Shown here: positions 25,281 through 37,998 of the stretch, piece after piece
Position numbering within the stretch: the stretch's first letter is position 1
Layout: each line of letters starts with the position of its first letter
From: Chiloscyllium plagiosum
Taxonomy: Eukaryota
Assembly: GCF_004010195.1 (NCBI RefSeq)
Contig: NC_057719.1
Span: forward strand, 53,023,857 to 53,068,408
Length of the DNA: 44,552 bases
Direction: 5' to 3'
The notes under the pieces: model-generated
Database searches by the model: none
The model's input: only the letters and a program-made list of their open reading frames with translations
Told to the model about the DNA's origin: nothing
Translations under genes and position numbers: made by a program

Positions 25281-26039
25281 TTGAACATGATCTACTTGGT
25301 AATTTCAAAGGAGTTAGGCTGATTTTATGAGGAATGAGTGCCACCAATATATGGTGGTCTTGAACTTCATAGTTCTAATAAGAATCTGAAGTTGGAAATT
25401 TACCTTTTATTGAACAGTGAATTGGGACAGAATTTCACTTTAGAACTAATGTATAGGAGCTGGTCTCACTCTATCATGAAATCATAGGCTGGAAATTTTG
25501 CCTGGATGCTGTGAATCCTGAGTCAGAGTCCAAACATTATTCCGCAAACCACGATGGATCATGGGTGGGATTTTGGCTGCAACATTCTGTTAAAAGATGG
25601 TTTTTGCAGATGCTGCAGGGAGTAGAGGCAGTGCCATTTGAATACACCCTCAAAGGATGAGAAATAATTGCATGTAATGTGTTGGCACCAGACAAGTACG
25701 TAGATAGAGCAAAAAGGATGTGTAATGGCCTTCCAGAAAGAAAAGCTCCATTTCTACCAGGACTATCCTGGTAAGATGCCCCAAAGTACCTGGTAGTCTT
25801 TCCATGTGTTGGTGGATGTTACTGAAGGGAAAAAGTGGGAGAGGGTATACAATGGCTGTTAATACACCAGTTAGTTACTTTAATTGGATATCTGCCTCTC
25901 GATGTCCTTTGCTATCATTTTACCAGCCTTCCTATCTTCTGGCTCAACTCTTGAGGGTTAATAAAATCCTTATAACTCAGTTAGTTCAATATTCCATAAT
26001 GTTTAATAATAAATTCCTCACCTTTTCTTACCTGAATTT

Positions 26040-26460
26040 ATAAAGCTCAGATTTGTGTACCTTATTTACTGCTTTCTTAACCTACTCTGCCACCTTTGAT
26101 AATTTATGTACATGTGACCGTACTGCTGTACCCCCATAGAATTGTTACCTATATTGTTTCTCCTGATTATTTCGACCAAATTGAATGACTTTTCACTTCT
26201 CTACATTAAACATCATCTGTCACATGTATCATTATTCTATCACTGTTCCCTGAAGATTATCTCCATTCTATTTACAATACTTCCAAGTTTTGTGTTATCT
26301 GCAAATTTTGAAATTTTGCCCTGCATATGTCTAGTTCATTCACATTGATCAAGAAAAACGTTGGTCCTAAAATTGATCCCTGAGGAACTCACTGCATACT
26401 TTCCTCCCGCCTGAGAAAATTTATTGTTCCTGTCATCCAACCAACTGCATATCCATTCTG
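26040..26460 (-). mobile_element. Degraded CR1-clade RT fragment
   Basis: Minus strand contains an SKFADNTKL-like and a VPQGSILGP-like motif. Confidence 0.7.
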
Positions 26461-27463
26461 CATATCTCATTCATAGCAAAGGCAGTTAAATTTGTCACAT
26501 TTGGAATCTTGAGAATGCTCAACCAAAGTCCTGCCATAGCTTTACCAGTTTGGCCATTTCAATGCTTTTTCTGTTAAAGTTATAATGGTTCATTAGGAAA
26601 ATCTCCACAGAAATTTTGAGAACCAGGACTCTAACATCCTAGTCATGAGGAGCATACATCAAAAGTTCAACAACTGAGAAAGTTGCAAGTTGTCTCTTTT
26701 TCTGTCATGTAGAATAGTTATAACAGTTAACTACACAAGATAATTGAGTTGCACAGCTTGGAAGCAGACCCTTCTGTCCAACTCATCCATGCCAACCAAA
26801 TATCCCATATCAATCTAGTCCATTTGCCAGCATTTGGCCCACATCCCTTAAACCTTTCTATTCACATACCCCTTCAGATGCCATCTAAATGTTGTAATTG
26901 TATCATCCTTCACCACTTCCTCTGGCAAGTCGTTCCATGTACACATCACCCTCTGTATGAAAAGGTTGCCCTTTAGATCCCTTTTAAATCTTTCCCCTCT
27001 CACCATAAACCTGTGCCCTCTAGTTTTGGATTCCTCATCCAGGGAAATGACCTTAGTTATTTACCCTAGCTGTGCCCCTCATGATTTTATAAACCTCTAT
27101 AAGGTCACCCCTCACTGCAGTGAATATAGCCCCAGCCTATTCAGCCTCTCCCTCTAGCTCAACCCCTCCAACCCTGGCATTATCCTTGTAAATCTTTTCT
27201 GAACTCTTCCAAGTTTTACAACATCCTTCCGATAGCAGGGAGACCAGAACTGAATGCAGTATTCCAATAGTGGCCTAACCAATCTTCCATCCATCAGCAA
27301 CATGACCTCCTAAATCCTATATGCAATACACTGGCTAATAAAGGCAAGCATACCAATGCCTTCTTCACTGTCCTATCGACCTGCAACTCCATCTTCAAGG
27401 AACTATGAACCTGCACCCTAAGGTCTTTTTGTTCGGCAACACTCCCAGGACCTAACCATTAAG

Positions 27464-27802
27464 TTAGCAAATTTTGAGAAGATTTGTAGCATAGGTTGAT
27501 GATAAGTCTATAAGTTAGCTCACTGAGCTGGTAGGTTTGTTTCGTCACCATACTAGGTAACATCAACAATGAGAGTCTGCGGTGAAGCACTGGTGGTATG
27601 TCCTGCCTCTCTATTTATAGGTCTTGGTTTCTTAAGATGGGTGATGTCATTTCTGGTTCTTTTTTGTTTAAGGTCTGTGGGCTATCATGGGGACGTATCA
27701 CCAGCACTTCACCAGGGATTCTCACTGATGATGTTACCTAGTATGGTGACAGAATGTCTGAAAACAAACCTTCCAGCTCAGCGAGCTAACTTACATACTT
27801 AT
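27464..27802. mobile_element. Inverted-arm PLE insertion (separate family) with 7-bp TSD
   Basis: TSD cattaag at 27457-27463 and 27803-27809. Arms about 27499-27603 and 27691-27805, with an extra tail on the left. Confidence 0.8.
27722..27761 (+). ncRNA. Hammerhead ribozyme relic
   Basis: TCA CTGATGA T GTTACC TAGTAT GGTGAC agaa TGTC TGA. GAAA is mutated here but intact in the opposite arm (ggtgacGAAAc). Confidence 0.6.
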
Positions 27803-29638
27803 CATTAAGCGTATATGTCCTGCCCTGATTTGCCTTTCCAAAATGCAACACGTCAGATTTATCTAAATTCAACTCCATCTTCCACTCCTTAGTGCACTGA
27901 TTCAATTGATCAAGGTCCTGTTGTACTCTGAGGTAATATTCTTCACTGTCCACTGTACCTCCAATTTCGGTGTTATCTGCAAACTTATTAACCACACCTT
28001 CTCTATTCACATCCAAATCAGGTATATAAATGACAAAAAGCAGTGGACCCAGCACCAATCCTTGCAGTACACTGCTGGTCACAGGCCTTTAGTTTGAAAA
28101 GCAATCCTCCACCACCATTCCCTGTTTTCTACCTTCAAATTCAATTCCATATCAGAATGTCCAGAAATTAAAATGTAAGGCACTCTGAAGAGCTGCAGTG
28201 TTTGCCTTGATAGGACTGAACATTTGATTTAGGTGAAGTTTGCAACTGATTTATACTGCATTAAATTGCAATAACATTTGTGAAATGATGAACAAAGTTC
28301 TGCAACAATATAAATAAAGTTTAAGATCAAAGCAAGAGTCAGAAGGTGATACTATTCATAGTGTTAGTCATGATTCTACTCAAATACATTCAGTAGAAAA
28401 AGTAGAATGTATAAAATAAGAATGCAAACAGTACCTGTAGAGGTGAGTACCATGGCTAATATCAATAGAGTATTTCAATATCATATAGTTGCCTGAATGG
28501 GAATATAGAATTGTTGAAAAAGATCATTGGTACGAAGGCACAATTTGAATATTGGATGAGATTAGCTTAGTTTTAAAGAATAATGCTTATTCATTCACTG
28601 AAAAAAGTGCTTACACTCTCAAAGAGCGTTTTCAATGCATTTCAGTATATGACAACACAGTTTTGTTCTTCCAGTTTGGAGTCACTTGCATCAGCACATG
28701 CCCAGCTGATCAATGTCTTTGCACAAGAAAGAGTTGAACAGGTACATTAATTGTAATCTTTAGCAATGAACAGTTTAAGAGATGTAACCCATATTCTTCA
28801 TTAAAAGAGGCCATACTTTTGGAGCTAATTAAAAGGTTGACAGCCAGTACAAAAAGTATTTTCTCTTTCAATCAGAACACAACTAGTGTAACACATGATA
28901 AAAGGTAAAGTGCCATAGGTCTGATTTCAGAACAAATTTTAAAAATGAATTCTGTATTAGTAAAATCTGACAAAGCAATATTTTAGTTGTTGAACAATAC
29001 ATGAAAGAGGAGGATCAATTGACACTTTAAGTCTGCACTAGTTCTTTCAAGAAGTAATTGAATAAATTCTACTATCCCCATTTTTAAAATATCCATATCC
29101 ATGCAATTGTATCCTTCACATAGTTACTGAATTCATTTTCGAATGCCACTATTGATTCTGAACCTACTTCCCAATCAGGCAGTGTATTTCAAATTGTACT
29201 CACATGTCGTACATGTTGTATTTTGTTGTGTTATCGATAAGACATAATCAGTTTATTTGGAAACCTTCTGCAGGTTTAATAAACAGTTCAAATTACAAGT
29301 TGCAGTTAGCTTTGCATGTATTTGGTCTCTAACCTGTTTCTGCTGACTGCATAAGGTCATTGGTCATGTGATTTTCTATTGGTTCTTATCTCATTAGCAC
29401 ATCCTCTCAAAGCAACAGAACTTTTAAATCAATTAAACAATGTCCATTATTTTACTCCAAGGTGCAGTAAAAATATGTATACATTAAAGTAGTGGCAATA
29501 TTACTGTCACAGAATCAATAATTGAAAAAAATGAGGTTAAGAGTTTGTATAGCTTGTAGATCATTTGACAATCCTTCTGGATCATGGTTAAAAATCACAC
29601 AACGCCAGGTTATAGTCCAATAGGTTTAATTGGAAGCA

Positions 29639-29673
29639 CACTAGCTTTCGGAGTGACGCTCCTTCATCAGGTG
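29639..29673 (-). ncRNA. Minimal type I hammerhead ribozyme (predicted), left arm
   Basis: CAC CTGATGA A GGAGC GTC ACTCC GAAA GCTA GTG on the minus strand. Confidence 0.72.
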
Positions 29674-30027
29674 ATTGTGGAGGGCTCGATCGTAACACAG
29701 AATTTAAAACGGCATGAATTTATGTAAAACTCTGTTATCTCACTTGTTAGATTGGAATCAATCTAAACATCAGGTCATAGACAGAGAACACAGGGGGCTA
29801 ACACCTTCAACATATTGTCTAGCTATCACCATTGTTAACAGCTAACCCGAGAATGCAACTTTAAAAAAAAGGGTTTTGTGATTTACACATGAAAGAAGTG
29901 AAACTATCACTGTATTCTAACAGATGAAAGGCTGAACAGACAATCAATTTTTCGATGTATAATTTCAGTTACATCACACTGCAAATTTTTGCTATAAATT
30001 CTGTGTTACGATCGAGCCCTCCACAAT

Positions 30028-30062
30028 CACCTGATGAAGGAGCGTCGCTCCGAAAGCTAGTG
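30028..30062 (+). ncRNA. Minimal type I hammerhead ribozyme (predicted), right arm
   Basis: CAC CTGATGA A GGAGC GTC GCTCC GAAA GCTA GTG: helix I cac/gtg, helix II ggagc/gctcc, palindromic AGCT helix III. Confidence 0.8.
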
Positions 30063-30991
30063 TGCTTCCAATTAAACCTGTTGGACCTGGTGTTGTGTGA
30101 TTTTTAACTTTGTACACCCCAGTCCAACACTGGCATCTCCGAATCATGACTTCTGGATCATGTGATGGTGTAAACTTTTAGAGTTTTAGGCTTTACATGT
30201 GAGCATTCTCGACAATTGGGCATGTTGGAATCTTGCATGTAACTAGTGTGTTGATTTTGTCCTGAGAGTCTTCCACATCCTTCCTTATCCAAACAGTTTT
30301 ATTTTGTGCATTTATGCACAGCTGTACAGTTCCTGAGTTGGCTTCTGTACCTCTTGAATGTTCTCCATTTGGTGTTGTGACTTCATAACATTATTGAACA
30401 CTTTGGGAACCTCTGTGAGTAACTTTGTTTCCTGTGTCAGATGTACATAGAACAGTGCAGCACAGAAACAGGCCCCTTGGTCCACCATGTCAGTGCTGAC
30501 CATGATGCCATTCTATACTAATCCCATCTGCATGTACATGGTTCTTCTACTCCCAGCCTGTACTTGTGCCTGTCTAAATGCCTGCTCCTGCCCCACCGAA
30601 CTCATCTCTACATACCACGACACGGTTCTGTCCCCCTTAGTCCAAGAACTCCCCACCTACGTTCAGGACACCACCCACGCCCTCCACCTCCTCCATGATT
30701 TTCGCTTCCCCGGTCCCCTACGCCTTATCTTTACCATGGACATCCAATCCCTGTACACCTCCATCCACCATCACGAAGGACTTAAAGCCCTCCACTTCTT
30801 CCTCTCCCGCCGTACCAACCAGCACCCTTCCACTGACACCCTCCTTCGACTGACTGATTTGGTCCTCACCCTGAACAACTTCTCTTTCCAATCCTCCCAC
30901 TTCCTCCAAACCAAAGGAGTAGCCATGGGCACCGCATGGGCCCCAGCTATGCCTGCCTCTTCGTAGGATATGTGGAACAGTCCGTCTTCCG

Positions 30992-31860
30992 NNNNNNNNN
31001 NNNNNNNNNNNNNNNNNNNNNNNNNNNNNNNNNNNNNNNNNNNNNNNNNNNNNNNNNNNNNNNNNNNNNNNNNNNNNNNNNNNNNNNNNNNNNNNNNNNN
31101 NNNNNNNNNNNNNNNNNNNNNNNNNNNNNNNNNNNNNNNNNNNNNNNNNNNNNNNNNNNNNNNNNNNNNNNNNNNNNNNNNNNNNNNNNNNNNNNNNNNN
31201 NNNNNNNNNNNNNNNNNNNNNNNNNNNNNNNNNNNNNNNNNNNNNNNNNNNNNNNNNNNNNNNNNNNNNNNNNNNNNNNNNNNNNNNNNNNNNNNNNNNN
31301 NNNNNNNNNNNNNNNNNNNNNNNNNNNNNNNNNNNNNNNNNNNNNNNNNNNNNNNNNNNNNNNNNNNNNNNNNNNNNNNNNNNNNNNNNNNNNNNNNNNN
31401 NNNNNNNNNNNNNNNNNNNNNNNNNNNNNNNNNNNNNNNNNNNNNNNNNNNNNNNNNNNNNNNNNNNNNNNNNNNNNNNNNNNNNNNNNNNNNNNNNNNN
31501 NNNNNNNNNNNNNNNNNNNNNNNNNNNNNNNNNNNNNNNNNNNNNNNNNNNNNNNNNNNNNNNNNNNNNNNNNNNNNNNNNNNNNNNNNNNNNNNNNNNN
31601 NNNNNNNNNNNNNNNNNNNNNNNNNNNNNNNNNNNNNNNNNNNNNNNNNNNNNNNNNNNNNNNNNNNNNNNNNNNNNNNNNNNNNNNNNNNNNNNNNNNN
31701 NNNNNNNNNNNNNNNNNNNNNNNNNNNNNNNNNNNNNNNNNNNNNNNNNNNNNNNNNNNNNNNNNNNNNNNNNNNNNNNNNNNNNNNNNNNNNNNNNNNN
31801 NNNNNNNNNNNNNNNNNNNNNNNNNNNNNNNNNNNNNNNNNNNNNNNNNNNNNNNNNNNN
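30992..31860. other. Assembly gap (N run)
   Basis: Ns in the sequence. Confidence 1.
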
Positions 31861-32038
31861 CTCGAACTCAGCACCGCCTTCCTAACCTGCAATCATCTTC
31901 CTGACCTCTCCGCCCCCACCCCACTCCGGCCTATCACCCTCACCTTGACCTCCCTCCACCTATCGCATTTCCAAAGCCCCTCCCCCAAGTCCCTGCTCCC
32001 TACCTTTTATCTTAGCCTGCTGGACACACTTTCCTCAT

Positions 32039-32070
32039 TCCTGAAGAAGGGCTTATGCCCGAAATGTCGA
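32039..32070 (+). ncRNA. Hammerhead core in family A pseudo-LTR
   Basis: CTGAAGA A GGGC TTAT GCCC GAAA TGTC. Helix III has a CpG-type change here (ACGT is intact at 19-22 and in the 44478-44505 minus copy), and helix I is short. Confidence 0.6.
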
Positions 32071-34165
32071 TTCCCCGTTCCTTGGATGCTGCCTGACCTG
32101 CTGCGCTTTTCCAGCAACACATTTTCAGCTCTAAATGCCTCTTAAGCTTTGCTGACATACATGCCACCAAGAGAAGTTGGTAGAAGCAAATTTGAAATTC
32201 CTACCACCCTCTGTGTAAAAAGCCTTTCCTCGCACTTCTCCTTTAAACTTTCTCCCTTTCATCTTAAACCTATGCTCTCGAGTATTTGACAATTCCACTC
32301 CAAGAAAAAGACCCTGTCTATCCAACCTATTCAAGCTTCTCATAATTTTCTGATACTTCTATTTGGTCAACCCTCAGGTTCTGATGCTCTAGTGAAAACA
32401 ATCCAAGGTATGAATGGATGTATTTTCATGTCCTTCCCATAGATCAGATATTTCTGCACCTTAATGTCAGTCATGCACCATCTTCATTCTCTCTTCTTTC
32501 CAGAGAAGGAACACATGAAATACATTCACTCTAGTTTTCATGATTCTGTACAGGCCTCCATGGTCCATACACTGCAGTGGTTAGCAGAACTGTAAGCCAA
32601 TGTGTATCTTCACACCCATTGCCATGTATGGACCCTCCAAGCAACTATGCATTCACTTAGAGGGAATACTGTACAGAAACATATGCATTACGATCATAAG
32701 GAAACAGCCCATTGAGCCTGTTTCACTGTACGGCAAGATCAAGCTAAACTGGTTACAACCCAGTCACATCTATGCATGGTAACTATTCATCCCTTGCTCA
32801 TCAAGAGTCCGTCTATCGTTGCCTTAAAAATATTGAATGTAGGGTGGAAAGGCAATCTCTGGCAGTAAAATCTTCCAAATGGTGTTCTGAAAGTAATGAT
32901 TTGTTTGAAGTTCCTTTCACAAGTGAACTGACGAACATTTGTGTTTGGCATCCAACTTGGAGCAAAATGTTGGAATTTTGGATGGGCTTCAGTTAAGAAA
33001 GACATCTTGGGTCTAAACATATCCTGATTGTGCCATCTTTCTTTGGCATGCACATAATAGAACTGTGCCAGTATGGGTATGAATGTAAATTGTGGATTAT
33101 TCCAACATATCCCATATTCACCTCTCATTTCTAAGCTTCTCTTTTTTGTGAAAACTGCGCCATTCAATTTGATGGAATTGCACCTTGCCTGAAGTATGAC
33201 ATTGCATCACCTTTCAATTTTTATATGGCATCAAATCTGTTCAAGTATAATTGTTATAGGTCTTGGATTAATTCAATGTGAGTATTCTTAGTCTTTTGCT
33301 GCAACTGGAAAATAAAATGGGCAATAATATTGGCAAGCAATGACATAGAATAACATTGGGGAGCATCTTAATTAGTGTTCAGAGTACAGGAAAATCTACT
33401 CTGCCAAAAATTAAGATTGAACTAATTAATAATGGAACACCATCGATAAATAAAAATAAGGGAAAACATGAGGTCAATGAACGAGGCATAAATTAAATAT
33501 ATTCGCACCAGAGGACTGGAGGACAGGGAGAATGTGAAGCAATTGGGCTAGAAGTTTTTTTAAAAATCCATTATGAAGGCAAAAGGGGAACAATGACATT
33601 AAATTACTAAGGAACATGAATGGAAATAGTGGATTGGAATAAAAGAACCTAGAGAAATGATGGCTGAGACACTATTAGATATGTATTTGTGCATCAAAAG
33701 GAAGTCTTAATGTTTAATTATTAGTTTCCTTGCCTTTAAGCCAGAGTGTCTAGGTTCTAGGTTTCATCTCGGGATTAGTTGACTATGGACTGAGTCTTTC
33801 TGATCTGATTCAAACAATTGACAATCAGCTTGCTAATTTTTCAATGCCTTGCTATTATTTCAGAGTGGGGAAAAACATATGCATGCCAGTACAAATGAAT
33901 ACTCAGTTGAAAAAGATATATTGTCAGAAGATTTAAAGATTGTTGGCATTATATCTTTGTTTAAGCAGCCAGATAGAACATGTCGAGGGAAATACAGACT
34001 CATCAGCTTAATGCCAATTTTAAGTTTTTAATCTCTATTTGAGGATTATGGGCATCCTGGTCTAGATCATGTAGAGTTTCTAGTTTGCGATCAGTAATTT
34101 GTTGATTTTTAGGTGGTTCGAATTACCCCCAGATCTCTGGTTCTGACACTGGATTTATTTAGGAA

Positions 34166-35350
34166 TGTGAGTGAAAAGAAGAAGGCAGCAGACAGGCGTT
34201 TAAGGGCAAAACAAAAAATTGTTGTGTTTATTAAATACAAAAAGTAAGTATAATACAAGAAATAAAGGTAAGTTTAAAAATGGTGAAATTAACAAGAGCA
34301 GAGGACAGTAATTAAATACATTATTAAATTAAACACAGGTTAAATAGTAATAGAAGTTAAACAGCAGTTTTAATCAAAGAAAACTTCACTCAGACTTCCT
34401 ACCTTTGCAGTTCTTGCACTGTCAGCTCCTGCCTTCCCCTCTCTTCTAGCTAGATTAGAAACTTTGGGGTCTCAGGAGTTTAAGCTCACCACTGGGAAAA
34501 ATCATGATTTTGAAGTACAGCTAACTGTTCCTGCTTGCCATACCCAGTGCCTTGATGAAGACTATGAACAGTGTAGGCTCTAAGTCTGACTGAGTCCACT
34601 GATGCAGTAGGACGTGTAATGGATTTACTGAGTGATACTTGGTTTTCCTTACTTTCTGGTAGTTTTGCGGGTTCTCACCTCAGGATGTGTCTGAGGCCTT
34701 GAGGCGTTGGTGGGGTCGGTGGTTTTCAAGGTTACCAGTTCTTCGGTCTGATGCTGTTGGTTTCCCTGGCTCAGAACAGGCCTGTGTCGGTAGGTTTTGG
34801 AATTGCTGTCAGGATCCCCCTCCCGGATAGCTCTTAGAAATAGTCACTGGAATTAGCTGTTGGAATTCTTCTTCTGGGGAATCACTGTTTGGAATGCCTC
34901 TTGGGAACAGCCGCCAGAGAATTGGTCTTGGGTAGATAGCTGTTTGGAATCCCTCTTCTGGAGATACCTGTAGGGATAGCTTCTCAAGTGAGATTGGGAC
35001 TTGTAATTATACTGACTTGGACATCTCATGTTTGCACCAAATCTGTGCTTGCTGTTGTGTTACTGGTGAATTGATTTAGCTTCCCGCCAGTTAATGAGTA
35101 TATATAAGTGTACTTTGATTGAAGTTGAGTGCCCAACATCTCCCTGAATGAATACTGATTGAAGGTGAATGCCCAGTATCTGTATAGGTTCCATAATGGC
35201 AGGGCTGGGTAGAGTGAGGTGTAAAAGTTAGTTTCAGCCCAGAGCATTAGGTTTGGTTGATTGTTCTGTTATTAGAGGGAAGGTATAAATTGGAATTCCT
35301 GGCTGAACAATGGTTCCAAACAGGAACCTGTGCCTGTGTTTCTCTCACCA
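34166..35350 (-). mobile_element. Possible solo LTR
   Basis: Imperfect terminal inverted ends tgtgagtgaaa / tttctctcacca, a TATA-like tatatataa near 35100, minus-strand AATAAA near 34230, and internal degenerate repeats at 34795-34985. No TSD seen. Confidence 0.3.
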
Positions 35351-35454
35351 GAGCTCAGCCCAGCTGCCACCTTCACTTTTCAAAGTTTTTGAGAAGTCCA
35401 GAGTATTGGTTTTGTATTTTAGATGATGGGGATTTCTGCTCAATCCTATAATAA

Positions 35455-35940
35455 ACATTTATTGCCCCTATGCTTAAATGAGCCACCTTCTCAAATCACT
35501 GAAGTCCATGTGCAGGAAGTATACTAACGATGCTACGAAGAAGAAAGTCCCAGGATTTTGACCTAGCAACAATGAAGGAATGGTGACATTATTTTAAGTT
35601 TGGATAATGTGTAGCTTGAAGGGGAACTTGCAGGCAATAGTGTTCCCATGATTTCATTGCACTTATTCTTTTTGTGGGTAGAGGTTGTGGCCAGTGTTGT
35701 CAAGGGCACCTTTTGAATAATTGCAGTTGTTCTTCAGATGGTGTGCACTGCTGTCACTGTGTGTCAGTGGTAGAGGGAATAACCATTGAACGTGATGGAT
35801 ATGGGGCCATCTAAGTGGCAGCTTTGTCCTAGATGGTATGGAGGTTCTTGGTTATTGTTAGCTTCACCAATCCAGAAAGTGGTGAGTAATCCACCATATT
35901 CCTAACTTCTGCACCTTGTAAATGAATGGAGGATGATGGG
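35455..35940 (-). mobile_element. L2/CR1-clade LINE 3' part, same family as 16265-17040
   Basis: Reverse-complement similarity, for example aatgaaggaatggtga, ggggaacttgcaggca and tgcactgctg. Confidence 0.65.
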
Positions 35941-36214
35941 AAGTAGTTAGTACTAAATAGGACTTTGGTCATGTTATGATCACTCTTACTTAGAAGATAT
36001 TTAATTTGAGGTCATTAGTTATGTTACGCCTTACTGAGGCAGTGCCCTAGAAATCAAGCCCTTGTTATTCTCAGAGTCACCACAAAAATAATGATTCCTT
36101 TTAAATTATGCAAGATTCCCTATTTTTTAAAGATCCAGGTTAAAATAAAGCATAGACCAGAGGTAAGAGTGGTTCAAGGTGGCAAGTAGTGCACATAATG
36201 TAATTATTATGAGG

Positions 36215-36428
36215 AAGAACTGAAAAAACTGTGGATACTGTAAATTAGAAACAAAAACAGAGAGTGCTGGAAAATCTAAGCAGGTCTGGCAGCATCTGTG
36301 GAGAGAAATCAGAGTTAACATTTGAGGTCCAGTGACCCTGCCTCAGAACTGTTAACACAGAAACATTAACTCTGACTTCTTTCCACAGATGTGCCAGACC
36401 TGCTGAGCTTTTCCAGCAATTTTTGCTT
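36215..36428. mobile_element. Old inverted PLE-derived mini-element
   Basis: Arms tgctggaaaa..gcaggtctggcagcatctgtgga and tccacagatgtgccagacctgc..ttttccagca, with a decayed hammerhead on the minus strand. Confidence 0.72.
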
Positions 36429-37685
36429 ATGTCTGTAATAGTCATGATTGCTTGCGGCCACAATTTTTAAATGGGCATTCTTTGACAATAAATGATCTAG
36501 CAATGAAGTGCACATTGAAACCAATGGGTGGCATTACTATATCTGTGCAGTATGATTAATAGAATTTTCCCAACAGGGACTCCTTTTCCAAAAGCTTTAC
36601 TCCATCTCTGATGAAAAAAAAAGGAATTTACTCCACCCACTCTACATGAAGTGTCGGTCATTTTGTGTAGTTATTATGCAGTTGACTTTTGAGCTGACAG
36701 AAAAAAGCTTCAACTTTGATTCAGTGAATGACTTGTAGACTCTGCCTATGTCATATGAATCTGCCCCTTTCTACGTTTTTATATCAGATCATGCGCGCAA
36801 ATGACCTTTCGGCCATCTCCCATTTTCATTGGGCACCTTTAAATACGTATTAATATGTCCACTGTTACTCCAAAGCCCGTGACTTTGAAAATCCCCATAT
36901 GCTTGCCAACCTGACACCCTTCTTATACTGAGGCCAGAGTTACTGTAACCTCTTTGAATGCCTTGCTCCATAGCTGACTATAAGGGTCCACCCTACTATC
37001 TCTAATTGTGCCCCCATCACAGTTACCATTCCCTCAGAAGCCCAGTCCAATGAAAATATCCCCAGATCTGTGTTTCTCACTTTCTCCAGGACTCCGTGGA
37101 CTGCTCCTTGTTAAGTCCCCTGATGATTATTAACAAAATTCCGAAGTCAAACCACGGCCCACCCCTCCAAACTGACCTGGCAGGACGACTCTGTCTAACT
37201 GAACATGGCCCATCAATCTGCTGCACCCAAATGATCTACCCATAATCCCTTACTGCTTTAACTTGACTTGCAGAACTGACTTTGGCCTAATGTCAGACAG
37301 CAAAGAATTAGATGCTGGGAAGACAAAATGCCTACCAGATCATGGCCACTGGCCTGGACTGGATTCAGAAAATCCCTTGACTGAGTGCATTGGCAACTCC
37401 TGACTAACTATAGTCTGCCTTCACTCCACCAATGAGTCTCCCCTTTGGCATTCACTCATTGCTATTTGCATGAAGTACATGCAGTGTGTTTACTCTGTAA
37501 ACTGCTGGCACATGCTGCAAATGTGACATTGACATGCTGGTCCATCCCTTGACTGTTCACTGTGCCTCACTGTGACACGCTGCCTGATTTTCCCTCTGTC
37601 TTAAAAAAAAATTGAGTGCAGGTCACAGAGGCTAGCACCATTATTGAGCAATCAAAATACCTGCATTCTTAAAAAAATACTAGCT

Positions 37686-37998
37686 GGCGGCATGGTGGCA
37701 CAGTGGTTAGTACTGCTGCCTCACAGTGCCAGAGACCCGGGTTCAATTTCCGCCTCAGGCGACTGACTGTGTGGAGTTTGTACATTCTCCCCATGTCTGC
37801 GTGGGTTTCCTCCGGGTGCTACGGTTTCCTCCCACAGTCCAAAAATGTGCAGGTTAGGTGAATTGGCCATGCTAAATTGCCCATAGTGTTAGTAGAAGGG
37901 GTAAATGTAGGGGAATGGGTCTGGGTAGGTTGTGCTTCGGCGGGTAGGTGTGGACTTGTTGGGCCGAAGGGCCTGTTTCCACCTGTAAGTAATCTAAT
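37686..37998 (+). mobile_element. HE1-type V-SINE, full length
   Basis: ggcggcatggtggcacagtgg A box, gggttcaattt B box, V-domain, and gtaagtaatctaat tail. Confidence 0.92.

Larger units (their letters stand above)
26745..28138 (-). mobile_element. CR1 (HER1-like) 3' portion interrupted by a PLE insertion
   Basis: [24 protein letters not shown] and VLHFGKANQGRTYTLN motifs, with the 3' tail near 26745-26790. Confidence 0.9.
29587..30149. mobile_element. Inverted-arm PLE insertion (third family) with 13-bp TSD
   Basis: TSD cttctggatcatg at 29574-29586 and 30150-30162. Arms 29587-29706 and 29995-30108, with a tail of about 40 nt on the right arm only. Confidence 0.92.
30584..32130 (+). mobile_element. 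5'-truncated Penelope-like retroelement, family A (RT fragment, frameshifted)
   Basis: LPTYVQDTTHAL, FTMDIQSLYTSI, LTLNNFSF and QTKGVAMGT/MGPSYACLFVG with a 1-nt frameshift near 30933. Pseudo-LTR at the 3' end; TSD tctaaatgcct at 30573-30583 and 32130-32140. Confidence 0.92.
30445..32405 (-). mobile_element. CR1 3' fragment split by a PLE insertion
   Basis: Tail at 30445-30583 continues at 32131-32405 (REHRFKMKGRKFKGEVRGKAF). Confidence 0.75.

Noticed and set aside
25755..25773. Small hairpin taccagga-cta-tcctggta
   Set aside because: An 8-bp stem is expected by chance in 44 kb.
29587..30149. MITE/DNA-transposon reading of the inverted-repeat elements
   Set aside because: Variable long TSDs (7-16 bp), a one-sided tail, hammerhead cores and, for the family A-like copies, shared ends with PLE RT/GIY-YIG elements favour a PLE origin.
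30771..32145. ORFs of 322-391 aa
   Set aside because: Mostly X residues from the N gap.
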